Shown here one piece after another: positions 8,891 through 18,006 of a stretch of DNA of 64,000 nucleotides. Position 1 is the stretch's first letter. The number at the start of each line of letters is the position of its first letter. Below the pieces are notes generated by a model. That model did no database searches, was not told where the DNA came from, and saw only the letters and a program-made list of their open reading frames with translations. The DNA is from Actinomycetota bacterium (lineage in GTDB: Bacteria > Actinomycetota > Acidimicrobiia > IMCC26256 > PALSA-555): the NCBI GenBank assembly GCA_016870355.1, contig VGBR01000001.1, positions 57,574 through 121,573 on the forward strand, written 5' to 3'. The position numbers and the translations under genes were made by a program.

Positions 8891-10558
8891 ATGGCTGTCG
8901 AGAAGTCCGAGATCGAAGGTTCTCAAGAGTCCGAGACCCAAGAGGAGACCGAGGAGCGCGCGCTCCGCGGTGACGAAGGTGCCGGCAACGTTCCGGCGCC
9001 GGTCCCACACCCGATCGAGGAGCGGCTCGAGCAGCTGGCCGAGCTCCGCGAGCAGGCGCTGCATGCCGGGAGTGAGGCAGCGGTCGCCCGTCAGCACGAG
9101 CGCGGCAAGCTCACCGCCCGCGAGCGCCTCGAGAAGCTGCTCGACGAGGGGTCGTTCGTCGAGCTCGACATGCTCGCCCGGCACCGGGCCCACGGTTTCG
9201 GGATCGAGCAGACCCGGCCGCTCACCGACGGTGTGGTCACCGGGTGGGGGACGATCGACGGCCGCAAGGTGTTCGTGTTCGCACAGGACTTCACGGTCTT
9301 CGGCGGCGCGCTCGGTGAGGTGTTCGCCGAGAAGATCCACAAGGTGATGGACCTCGCCGAGTCGGTCGGCGCGCCGATGATCGGGCTGAACGACGGCGCC
9401 GGCGCCCGCATCCAAGAGGGTGTGGTCTCGCTCGATGCCTACGGCGGCATCTTCTTCCGTAACGTGAAGGCATCCGGGGTCATCCCGCAGGTGAGCGTGA
9501 TCCTCGGGCCGTGCGCGGGTGGCGCGGTGTACTCGCCCGCCATCACCGACTTCGTGTTCATGGTGAAGGGCTCGTCGCACATGTTCATCACCGGCCCCGA
9601 CGTGGTGAAGACGGTGACCGGCGAAGACGTGAGCCAAGAAGAGCTCGGCGGTGCCATGACGCACGCCTCGAAGTCCGGCGTCGCGACGTTCGTGGCTGAC
9701 GACGAGGACACCGCACTCGACCAGGTGCGCTACCTGCTCTCGTTCCTGCCGTCGAACAACCTCGAAGAGCCGCCGTACTTCGAGCCGACCGATGACTCGG
9801 AACGACGCTGCGAGGACATCGTCGCCCTCATCCCCGACTCACCGAACCAGCCATACGACATCAAGGCGGTCATCAACCAGATCGTCGACGACGGCGACTT
9901 CTTCGAGGTGCACGCGCTCTGGGCGCAGAACATCGTGTGCGGCTTCGCACGGATCGATGGGCACGCAGTCGGCATCGTCGGTAACCAACCCCAAGTGTTG
10001 GCCGGCACGCTCGACATCGACGCGTCCGAGAAGGGTGCGCGCTTCGTGCGTCTGTGCGATGCGTTCAACGTTCCGCTGGTCACGTTCGTCGACGTGCCGG
10101 GCTTCCTCCCGGGCACCGACCAGGAGTACGGCGGCATCATCCGCCACGGCGCCAAGCTGCTCTACGCGTACTGCGAGGCGACCGTGCCGCGGGTGCAGAT
10201 CATCACACGCAAGGCGTACGGCGGCGCGTACGTGGTCATGAACTCCAAGTCGATTGGCGCGGACCTCGCGTTCGCCTGGCCGTCGGCCGAGGTCGCGGTG
10301 ATGGGTCCGCAGGGCGCGGTCAACATCATCTTCCGCAAGGAGATCGAGACCGCCGCCGATCCTGACGCTCGCCGCGCCGAGCTCATCGAGGAGTACACCG
10401 AACGGTTCGCGAACCCCTACATCGCGGCCGAGCGTGGCTACGTCGACGACGTGATCGACCCCCGCGACACCCGACGCGTGCTCGCTCGCTCCCTCGCCAT
10501 GCTGCGCACCAAGCGCGAGCAGCTTCCGCAGCGCAAGCACGGCAACTTGCCCCTGTGA
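8891..10558 (+). CDS. pccB: Acyl-CoA (propionyl-CoA) carboxylase carboxyltransferase beta subunit
   Basis: Carboxyltransferase motifs [47 protein letters not shown] and AYGGAYVVM. Start taken at ATG 8891 because the track start at 8774 overlaps the previous gene. Confidence 0.9.
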   Translation: MAVEKSEIEGSQESETQEETEERALRGDEGAGNVPAPVPHPIEERLEQLAELREQALHAGSEAAVARQHERGKLTARERLEKLLDEGSFVELDMLARHRAHGFGIEQTRPLTDGVVTGWGTIDGRKVFVFAQDFTVFGGALGEVFAEKIHKVMDLAESVGAPMIGLNDGAGARIQEGVVSLDAYGGIFFRNVKASGVIPQVSVILGPCAGGAVYSPAITDFVFMVKGSSHMFITGPDVVKTVTGEDVSQEELGGAMTHASKSGVATFVADDEDTALDQVRYLLSFLPSNNLEEPPYFEPTDDSERRCEDIVALIPDSPNQPYDIKAVINQIVDDGDFFEVHALWAQNIVCGFARIDGHAVGIVGNQPQVLAGTLDIDASEKGARFVRLCDAFNVPLVTFVDVPGFLPGTDQEYGGIIRHGAKLLYAYCEATVPRVQIITRKAYGGAYVVMNSKSIGADLAFAWPSAEVAVMGPQGAVNIIFRKEIETAADPDARRAELIEEYTERFANPYIAAERGYVDDVIDPRDTRRVLARSLAMLRTKREQLPQRKHGNLPL

Positions 10559-10779
10559 CACGGCCAATGCTCCGGGCGATCTCGCCGGACGCCTCCGAAG
10601 AAGAGGTCGCGGCGATCGTGGCGGCGATTGCGGCCTCGTCCGGCGGCGGTGCGGCACCAACGCCCGATCCCCACCTGGACGAATGGATGCGGGCCGCGCG
10701 GCTGGTGTCACGACGGGTGGGACGGGTGCGAGGACCGTGGCGGTTCTCGGGTCGAGTCGCGCGCCGCACTCGGCCCTGA
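10555..10779 (+). CDS. Acyl-CoA carboxylase epsilon subunit
   Basis: Small ORF whose GTG overlaps the pccB stop (GTGA). [15 protein letters not shown] is the typical epsilon-subunit signature. Confidence 0.7.
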   Translation: MTRPMLRAISPDASEEEVAAIVAAIAASSGGGAAPTPDPHLDEWMRAARLVSRRVGRVRGPWRFSGRVARRTRP

Positions 10780-10786
10780 TCCCGGG

Positions 10787-11899
10787 ATGACCCCGGACAA
10801 TCCGGAGCTCTTCACGGTCGGCGCCGACGAGGCCGTCGTCACTTTCTCCACCTCTCCGGGCGAGACCGTCACGACCCGCGTCGGTGGCCGCGAGTTCACG
10901 ACGACTGGTCCGCACCACATCGTGCGGGCCACCGACCTCGAGCCCGACACGGAGCACTCCCTTGCCGTTGATGGTGTGTCGCCGAGCGAGCGGCTCCCGT
11001 CGAACTTCCGAACCTTGGCCGAGCCTTCCGGGCGACTTCTTGCCACCGTGGCGACGGCCAACGACGTGCACTTCGGCGAAGCGGAGTGCGGCCACCTGGG
11101 TCCGCCGCACGATGACATCGGGCCGTTCTTCTCGACTGCACCAGGCGAGCCGCCGTATCCGGAGATCATGAACCGTGCGGTGGTGGCGGAGATGCGCGCC
11201 CTCGATCCTGATGCAGTGGTGGTGAAGGGCGATCTCACGAACGTCGGCTCCGAGCAGGAGTACGCCGCGTTCCTCGCGACGTACGGCGCGTTGGGTGAGC
11301 GAATGCACCACGTGCGCGGCAACCACGACGCGATGCAAGACCCGACGATGGCGATCGAGGACGCGCCGTACACGGTAGACCTGCGCGGCGTGACGCTCGC
11401 GGTGCTCGACACGGTGATCCCGGGCACCGACGGCGGACAACTGCCACGCGACCAGGTGCAATGGCTCGACGACCTCGCCGCGGACGCGACCGATCCGGTG
11501 CTCGTGTTCGGTCACCACTACGTGTGGGACCTGCGTGCTGAGACGCGCAATCCCCACACGTTTGGCATCAACCCCGACGACTCCGAAGCGCTCGCCGATG
11601 TCGTCCGGCGCCGGGAGGCCATCGCGGGCTACTTCGCCGGGCACACCCACCGGAACCGCATCCGCCGGTACCCCGAGGTGCGCTCAGTTCCCTTTGTCGA
11701 GGTCGCCTGCACCAAGGACTATCCCGGTGCTTGGGCCGAGTACCGCATCCACGAGGGGGGCTACACCCAGGTGGTGCGGAGAGTGACGGAACCGGCGGCC
11801 TTCGCCTGGGCCGAGACCACCCGAGGGATGTTCGGTGGGGTCTACACCGACTACGCCCTCGGCGACCTCCAGGAGCGCTGCTTCACCCAAGCCTTCTGA
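10787..11899 (+). CDS. Metallophosphoesterase
   Basis: Motifs ANDVHFGE, VVKGDLTN, VRGNHD, GHHY and GHTHRN. ATG 10787 chosen because the track start at 10628 overlaps the epsilon subunit. Confidence 0.8.
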   Translation: MTPDNPELFTVGADEAVVTFSTSPGETVTTRVGGREFTTTGPHHIVRATDLEPDTEHSLAVDGVSPSERLPSNFRTLAEPSGRLLATVATANDVHFGEAECGHLGPPHDDIGPFFSTAPGEPPYPEIMNRAVVAEMRALDPDAVVVKGDLTNVGSEQEYAAFLATYGALGERMHHVRGNHDAMQDPTMAIEDAPYTVDLRGVTLAVLDTVIPGTDGGQLPRDQVQWLDDLAADATDPVLVFGHHYVWDLRAETRNPHTFGINPDDSEALADVVRRREAIAGYFAGHTHRNRIRRYPEVRSVPFVEVACTKDYPGAWAEYRIHEGGYTQVVRRVTEPAAFAWAETTRGMFGGVYTDYALGDLQERCFTQAF

Positions 11900-12003
11900 C
11901 CAGGGCCTGGACGCGACGCGTCCCGAGAAGGGTCGGCGTAGAGAGTCCCGGCCCAGCCCAGCCAGGTGCCCCAACGCCCTCCTCGGGACGCGGTCCGGCG
12001 AAA

Positions 12004-12167
12004 GTATCCACCACCTTCCACAGGTTTTCCACTCCCATCTGGGAGTTCTCCACTCTCTAGGGGCAGTTCTCCACCGCGTCGGGCCTGTCTGTCCACAGGT
12101 GGGCCGGGTTCCCTCCACGCCCTCGCCGGCTCTTTCCCCAAGTTGTCCACCGCGGCCTGTGGAGAAC
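12004..12167 (+). promoter_or_regulatory. Array of nine DnaA-box-like TCCAC motifs (eight direct, one inverted)
   Basis: GTATCCACC 12004, CCTTCCACA 12014, TTTTCCACT 12025, GTTCTCCAC 12045, GTTCTCCAC 12066, CTGTCCACA 12089, CCCTCCACG 12111, TTGTCCACC 12143, and TGTGGAGAAC 12158 (inverted). Confidence 0.5.
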
Positions 12168-12238
12168 TCGGCCGCCGGAGCGCGGCGCCAGACCGCGCGC
12201 GAGACTGCCGCCATCTGGCGTGCCAACGGGGGGACCGA

Positions 12239-14056
12239 ATGGCCGGAATCACGAGCGACGACCTCGCCGCCGAGGTGGCGGGGCACACGGTCACCAGCCG
12301 CTTCCGCGACACCGTCCAAACCCATGGCGACCGCGTCGCTCTGCGTTGCAAGGACCCGAGCGCCGGCGACGACGCCTGGATCGAGCTGACCTGGCAGCAG
12401 TACGCCGACCAGGCCTGCCGACTGGCCGCTGCCCTTGCCGAGCTCGGAGTCGAGAAGGGGCAGCGCGTCGTCGTGATGATGCGCAACTGCATCGAGTTCC
12501 ACGTCGCCGACGTCGCCGTCATGCTCCTCGGCGCGACGCCCGTCTCCATCTACAACTCATCGGCGCCCGAGCAGGTCCAGTACCTCGCGGAGCATTGCGG
12601 TGCCGTCGTTGCGATCGTCGAGGACGTCGACTTCCTCGAGCGCGTGCTGAAGGTGCGCGACGAGCTCCCCGCGTTGCAGAACATCGTGGTCATCAACGAC
12701 GACGGCCGCGCGCCGGGTGACGTGCTGCACTGGCATGACCTCGTGCAGCGTGACCCGATCGATCTCGACGGCGCGGCGTCGGTCGCCGAGCCGAGCGACA
12801 TCGCGACGATCATCTACACGTCGGGCACCACGGGTCCGCCCAAGGGTGTCGTCCTCGATCACGCGAACGTCGTGTGGACGGTGGAGAGCCTGCTGCGGGT
12901 CTGGGACGACGTGCCGTACTTCAGTCGCCTCGTGTCGTACCTGCCGATGGCGCACATCGCCGAGCGGATGGTGTCGCACTACCAGGGCATCGTCGGCGTG
13001 TTCGAGGTCACGACGTGTCCCGAGCCGTCGCAGGTCGCGTCCTTCCTTCCGCACGTGCGACCGCAGATCATGTTCGCCGTCCCGCGCGTGTGGGAGAAGA
13101 TCCACGCCGGGGTGCTCGCGCTCGCCGGCGCCGATCCGAACCAACAGGCGATGCTCGATGCCGCGCTGCCGATCGGGGAGAAGGCGGCCGAACACCGCGC
13201 GCGCGATGAAGAGCTTCCTGCCGACCTTGCGGCTGAGTACGCCGAGAAAGCCAAGCCCGTCGGCGACTTCGTGCTCGGGCTGCTCGGACTCGATCAGGTG
13301 AAGGCCGCGATCAGCGGTGCCGCACCGATCCCCGTCGAGGTCTTGAAGTTCTTCCGCTCGCTTGGTCTGGAGATGTCGGAGATCTACGGGCTCTCGGAGA
13401 CATCCGGCCCGATGACGTGGGAGCCGTTCAAGGTGCACCTCGGCACCGTGGGTCCACCCATTCCGGGTGAGGAGGTTCGGCTCGCGGACGACGGCGAGGT
13501 GCTCGCCCGTGGCGGCAACATCTTCCGCGGCTACCTCAACGATCCGGAGCGGACGGCCGAGGCGCTCGATGACGACGGGTGGCTCCACACCGGTGACATC
13601 GGGGTGTTCGACGACGCCGGCTATCTCAAGATCGTCGACCGCAAGAAGGAGCTCATCATCACAGCGGGCGGCAAGAACATCTCGCCCGCGAACCTCGAGT
13701 CAGCGCTGAAGTCGTTCCCGCTGATCGGTCAGGTCGCGGTGATCGGCGACGGCCGTCCGTTCGTCTCCGCGTTGGTCGTGCTCGATCCCGACGTGGCGCC
13801 GACGTGGGCAGCGAAGCAAGGACTCTCAGGTACGTCGCTCGCCGAGCTCGCCGAGGATCCGACGGTGCTCGAGGAGATCGAACGCAACGTGAAGGAAGCG
13901 AACAAGCGCTTCTCGAACGTCGAGCAGATCAAGAAGCACACCGTCCTCGGCGCAGAGTGGCTCGCCGACTCCGACGAGCTCACCCCGACCATGAAGCTCA
14001 AGCGCCGCGGCGTGAACACCAAGTACGCCGAAGAGATCGAGGCCATGTACTCCTGA
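12239..14056 (+). CDS. Long-chain fatty-acid--CoA ligase (AMP-dependent synthetase)
   Basis: AMP-binding motif IIYTSGTTGPPKGV, YGLSETSGP, GWLHTGDIG and ITAGGKNISP. Start at ATG 12239 (MAGITSDDL). The upstream part of the track ORF covers the motif array and has non-coding composition. Confidence 0.9.
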   Translation: MAGITSDDLAAEVAGHTVTSRFRDTVQTHGDRVALRCKDPSAGDDAWIELTWQQYADQACRLAAALAELGVEKGQRVVVMMRNCIEFHVADVAVMLLGATPVSIYNSSAPEQVQYLAEHCGAVVAIVEDVDFLERVLKVRDELPALQNIVVINDDGRAPGDVLHWHDLVQRDPIDLDGAASVAEPSDIATIIYTSGTTGPPKGVVLDHANVVWTVESLLRVWDDVPYFSRLVSYLPMAHIAERMVSHYQGIVGVFEVTTCPEPSQVASFLPHVRPQIMFAVPRVWEKIHAGVLALAGADPNQQAMLDAALPIGEKAAEHRARDEELPADLAAEYAEKAKPVGDFVLGLLGLDQVKAAISGAAPIPVEVLKFFRSLGLEMSEIYGLSETSGPMTWEPFKVHLGTVGPPIPGEEVRLADDGEVLARGGNIFRGYLNDPERTAEALDDDGWLHTGDIGVFDDAGYLKIVDRKKELIITAGGKNISPANLESALKSFPLIGQVAVIGDGRPFVSALVVLDPDVAPTWAAKQGLSGTSLAELAEDPTVLEEIERNVKEANKRFSNVEQIKKHTVLGAEWLADSDELTPTMKLKRRGVNTKYAEEIEAMYS

Positions 14057-14070
14057 CGGAGGGCTGCGGA

Positions 14071-14718
14071 TCAACATCGTGCCGGCGGATCGGGTCCGGT
14101 CCAGCTCGCGGCGGGGACCAGCCGCTTCCTGGTGCCCAGGCCTTCGAAGCGCAGGTTCTTACGGTGCTTCGCGCGGTGGTCGGGCTTGCAGGCGAGGTTG
14201 AGGTTCGAAAGCCGAGTCTGGCCGCCCTCGGACCAGGGCTGGTTGTGGTCGGCCTCGAGGTTGGTGGTCGCGTCGCAGCCCTCACGCACGCAGTGCTGGT
14301 AGAGCTCGTGGAGTGCGGTCATGAGCACGGCGGGTGGGCGGCGGTCGAGGTGCACGACCTTGTGCACATCCACGCCGTCGGTGACGACGGCCTTGAGGAA
14401 CGCGTCTTGGGCCATGCGCAGCGCGACATGCACGGGAATCGATCCCGCGCCGACGATCTCGCAGATCTCACCGGGCTCGGTCCACCCGCGCAGCGCGTCC
14501 AGGTCGATCCGCACGATCACGGAGGTGTCGGGGCCACCGCCCTTGGCCGGCGGTCGCGCTCCGTCGGCCGCGTCGGCCATGGCGAGCAACCCATCGAAGG
14601 CGTAGGCACCAGCGCGCTCGTACTCCGCACCGATCTTGTGCACGTTGTCGAAGATCTCGTTGGCGTAGGGCTCGATCTGCTTCATGATGCGAGCGGTCAG
14701 GTCGAGGGGTCCGCGCAC
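14071..14718 (-). CDS. HNH endonuclease, DUF222/REP13E12-like C-terminal part
   Basis: HNH region CVREGCD...EADHNQPWSEGG.T.L.NL...C..DHRAKH. Preceded by IRIDLDAL.G...GEI.G.G.IP, typical of the DUF222 family. GTG start at 14718. Confidence 0.75.
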   Translation of the reverse strand: MRGPLDLTARIMKQIEPYANEIFDNVHKIGAEYERAGAYAFDGLLAMADAADGARPPAKGGGPDTSVIVRIDLDALRGWTEPGEICEIVGAGSIPVHVALRMAQDAFLKAVVTDGVDVHKVVHLDRRPPAVLMTALHELYQHCVREGCDATTNLEADHNQPWSEGGQTRLSNLNLACKPDHRAKHRKNLRFEGLGTRKRLVPAASWTGPDPPARC

Positions 14719-14960
14719 GTCGATGCGCCCAGCGCCCTCATCGTCTTCCCAGTGCCGAACTTCTCGGTGAGCTGACGGGCGCGGGCACCGTCGTGGACGT
14801 CGGGATCGAGCTCGGCCACGCCCACGCGGAGAAGCTCGAGCGCTTGGTCGACCGCTGCGGACACGGCACCTCCCCGAGGCCAGGTGGTCTCGAACTGCGG
14901 GGAAGTGCGACCATCAAGATAGCGAACGTACGTTCGTATTGCAAACAGTAAACGGCGCAA
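14697..14960 (-). pseudogene. N-terminal segment of the DUF222/HNH protein in a different frame (probable frameshift)
   Basis: High-GC3 frame encoding VSAAVDQALELLRVGVAELDPDV...ARQLTEKFG. It overlaps the HNH ORF by 22 nt in another frame. The flanking sequence at 14930-15000 has unusually low GC. Confidence 0.4.
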
Positions 14961-15021
14961 AGATCCTGGTCAGGAGCCTTTTTGAGAATTTGTTGAGAAG
15001 GCGCCCGCGGCGCGCCGGAGG

Positions 15022-17016
15022 TCAGCCCGTGCGGGCGAGCCTTCGGCGGTGCTCGATGGCGAGCTCGACGACGTCGGCGATGATCTCGGACGTCTTGTAG
15101 TCCTTCGGTGTGTACACCCGTGCCACGCCGGCCTGTTCGAGCACGGTCCGATCCGCGTCGGGAACGATCCCGCCGACCACGACCGGCACGTCGGTGCCGT
15201 TGTCGTGCATCAGCCGCACGGTCTCGGGCACGAGCGAGAGATGCGAGCCGGACAGGATCGAGAGCCCGACCACGTCGACGTCCTCGTCGCGCGCCGCCGA
15301 CGCGATCTGCGTCGGCGTGAGACGGATGCCCTGGTAGATCACCTCGAAGCCGGCATCGCGCGCCGCGACCGCGATCTGCTCCGCACCGCTCGAGTGCCCG
15401 TCGAGCCCGGGCTTGCCGACGAGCATCCGCAGCGGACCGCCGAGCTCGGCAGCCGCGGCCTTCACTCGCGCTTGCACAGCCACGAGGTCATCCGTCGGTG
15501 CGACGGCGACCCCGCCGATCCCCGTCGGGGCGCGGTACTCGCCGAACACCTCGCGCAACGCGTCGGACCACTCGCCGACGGTCCCACCTGCGCGTGCCAG
15601 CTCGATCGTCGCGGCCATCAGGTTCTCGTCCGTCGCGGCCGCGTCGCGCAGGCGGTGGAGAGCCTTGGCCGCGGCCTTCCCGTCGCGATCGCGTCGCCAC
15701 TGCTCGAGACCCTCGACCTGCGCGGCCTCCGCCGCCGGATCGACGACGAGGATGTGGTCGACGTCGTCGGTGACCAAGGGTGAGGCGGCCGTCTCCGTGA
15801 AGCAGTTCACGCCGATCACCTGGAGATCACCGGACTCGATCTTGCGGACCCGCTCGGCATGACTCTGCACGAGCCGGCCCTTCATCGCGTCGGTCATCTC
15901 GAACGCGCCGCCACCGTCGAGCACCCACGCCAGCTCGGCTTCGGCTGCGTCGGCGAGCTCCGCCGTCTTCGCCTCGATCACGTGCGAGCCGTCGAAGATG
16001 TCGCCGTACTCGAGGAGATCGGTCTCGAAGGCCAGCACCTGCTGCACCCGCAACGACCACTGCTGGTCCCATGGACGGGGAAGCCCGATCGCCTCGTTCC
16101 ACGTTGGCAGTTGGATCGCGCGCGCACGGGCATCCTTCGACAGCGTCACGCCGAGCGTCTCCAGCACGATGCGTTGCACGTTGTTCTCGGGCTGCTCCTC
16201 GGTGAGCCCGAGCGAGTTCACCTGCACGCCGTAGCGGAAGCGGCGCAGCTTCTCGTCGGTGACGCCGTAGCGCTCGGCCGTGAGTCGGTCCCACAACCGT
16301 GAGAAGGCCCGCATCTTGCACGTCTCCTCCACGAACCGGATGCCGGAGTTCACGAAGAACGAGATGCGGCCGACGACGTCGGGCATCTCGTCGTCCGGGA
16401 TCTGTCCCGACTCCCTCACCGCGTCGAGCACGCCGAGTGCCGTCGCGAGCGCGTACGCGATCTCTTGGACGGGTGTCGCGCCCGCCTCTTGCAGGTGGTA
16501 CGAGCACACGTTGATCGGGTTCCACTTCGGGACGTGCTTCACCATGTGACAGATCACGTCGACGGTGAGGCGGCGCGACGGCTCCGGACCGAAGATGTAG
16601 GTGCCTCGGCTCAGGTACTCCTTGACGATGTCGTTCTGGGTGGTGCCGGCGAGCGTGTTCGGATCGACGCCCTGCTCCTCGGCGAGCGCGAGGTACATAC
16701 CCAGCAACCACATGGCCGTGGCGTTGATCGTCATCGAGGTGTTCATCTCGTCGAGCGGGATGCCGTCGAAGAGGGTGCGCATCTCGCCGAGGTGCGGCAC
16801 CGGCACGCCAACCTTGCCGACCTCGCCCCTGGCCAGCACGTGATCGGGGTCGTATCCCGTCTGTGTGGGCAGGTCGAAGGCGACCGACAGTCCCGTCTGC
16901 CCCTTGGCCAGGTTGGTGCGGTACAGCTCGTTCGAGGCCTTCGCTGAGGAGTGCCCCGAGTACGTCCGCATCACCCACGGACGCTCACGCTCCGTCATGC
17001 CCACATTCTCCCGCAC
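15022..17016 (-). CDS. ecm: Ethylmalonyl-CoA mutase-like fused B12-dependent acyl-CoA mutase (MeaA/Ecm type)
   Basis: 664 aa. RPWVMRTYSGHSSAKASNELYRTNLAKGQTGLSVAFDLPTQTGYDPDH carries the MeaA-type AGHS-like signature. The C-terminal B12-binding domain has GLDGHSSGAEQIA. Proximity to ccr supports the call. Confidence 0.8.
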   Translation of the reverse strand: MRENVGMTERERPWVMRTYSGHSSAKASNELYRTNLAKGQTGLSVAFDLPTQTGYDPDHVLARGEVGKVGVPVPHLGEMRTLFDGIPLDEMNTSMTINATAMWLLGMYLALAEEQGVDPNTLAGTTQNDIVKEYLSRGTYIFGPEPSRRLTVDVICHMVKHVPKWNPINVCSYHLQEAGATPVQEIAYALATALGVLDAVRESGQIPDDEMPDVVGRISFFVNSGIRFVEETCKMRAFSRLWDRLTAERYGVTDEKLRRFRYGVQVNSLGLTEEQPENNVQRIVLETLGVTLSKDARARAIQLPTWNEAIGLPRPWDQQWSLRVQQVLAFETDLLEYGDIFDGSHVIEAKTAELADAAEAELAWVLDGGGAFEMTDAMKGRLVQSHAERVRKIESGDLQVIGVNCFTETAASPLVTDDVDHILVVDPAAEAAQVEGLEQWRRDRDGKAAAKALHRLRDAAATDENLMAATIELARAGGTVGEWSDALREVFGEYRAPTGIGGVAVAPTDDLVAVQARVKAAAAELGGPLRMLVGKPGLDGHSSGAEQIAVAARDAGFEVIYQGIRLTPTQIASAARDEDVDVVGLSILSGSHLSLVPETVRLMHDNGTDVPVVVGGIVPDADRTVLEQAGVARVYTPKDYKTSEIIADVVELAIEHRRRLARTG

Positions 17017-17049
17017 CTGGCCCGACGAGGCCGCAGCGGGACCGGTCCA

Positions 17050-17904
17050 CTACTTGGAGTAGTCGTAGAAGCCTTGGCCGGTCTTTCGGCCGAGACGGCC
17101 GTCGCCGACCATCTGCTCGAGCATCGGCGCGGGCACGTAGTTCGGGTCCTGGTACTCGTCGTGCAGTGCTTCGAGGATCGACAGGCTCGTGTCGAGCCCG
17201 ACGAGGTCGAGCAGCTCGAGCGGACCCATCGGGAAGTTGCAGCCACCCTTCATCGCCGCGTCGATGTCGTCACGCGTCGCGAGGCCGGCGTCGAGCGCCT
17301 TCACCGCGTTGTTGAGGTACGGGAACAGCAGTGAGTTCACGATGAAGCCGGCGCGGTCGATCACGTCGACCACGGTCTTGCCGCACGCCTCCGCGAACGT
17401 GCGTGCACCGCTCACCGTGGCGGAACCGGTCTTCTCCGCGCGGACGATCTCGACGAGAGGCATCACCGGCGCGGGGTTGAAGAAGTGGATGCCACAGACG
17501 CGCTCGGGGTTCTTCGTCGCGGCCGCGATGTCACCGACCGAGAGCGTGGACGTGTTCGTGGCGAGGATCTTGGCGTTCGCACACACGTCGTCGAGATCCG
17601 TGAAGAGCTGCTTCTTGACGGTGATGTCCTCGACGACGGACTCGAGCACGAGGTCGCAGCTCGACAGCTCGGAGAGGTCGGTGACTGCGCGCACGCGACC
17701 GCGGATCTCTGCGCTCGCAGCGTCGTCGAGCTTGCCCTTCTCAACCTGCTTCGCGAGTGACTTCTCGAGGCCCGCCACCATCGCGTCGACCGCCTCCTGT
17801 GTGCGGCTGCGCAGGGCGACATCCATCCCGGCCTTCGCGACGACTTCGGCGACGCCGGAGCTCATGATCCCGGACCCGACGAGTCCAACCTGCTTCACGG
17901 TCAT
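17050..17904 (-). CDS. hbd: 3-hydroxybutyryl-CoA dehydrogenase
   Basis: 284 aa. NAD fold VGLVGSGIMSSGVA, IHFFNPAP.M.LVE, and a C-terminal GRKTGQGFYDY. Confidence 0.9.
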   Translation of the reverse strand: MTVKQVGLVGSGIMSSGVAEVVAKAGMDVALRSRTQEAVDAMVAGLEKSLAKQVEKGKLDDAASAEIRGRVRAVTDLSELSSCDLVLESVVEDITVKKQLFTDLDDVCANAKILATNTSTLSVGDIAAATKNPERVCGIHFFNPAPVMPLVEIVRAEKTGSATVSGARTFAEACGKTVVDVIDRAGFIVNSLLFPYLNNAVKALDAGLATRDDIDAAMKGGCNFPMGPLELLDLVGLDTSLSILEALHDEYQDPNYVPAPMLEQMVGDGRLGRKTGQGFYDYSK

Positions 17905-17970
17905 TGGGTGGTACCTCCGACAGCTCTCTGGAGCCGGTGCCCGACCCGGGCTGGCGAGTGGGTACCCGAC

Positions 17971-17986
17971 GTTACCGCGCGGTAAC
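17971..17986. promoter_or_regulatory. Perfect 16-bp palindrome GTTACCGCGCGGTAAC upstream of hbd (candidate operator)
   Basis: Loop-less perfect palindrome 67 bp upstream of the hbd start codon, in the 102-bp gap after the J-domain gene. Confidence 0.3.
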
Positions 17987-18006
17987 CAAGGCCGCTCGGC
18001 TCGTGA

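Noticed and set aside
11900-12238. Calling the TCCAC motif array the chromosomal origin (oriC).
   Set aside because: No dnaA, dnaN, rpmH or recF gene is nearby, there is no clearly AT-rich unwinding element, and GC skew cannot be evaluated from one window. It is reported only as a DnaA-box-like array.
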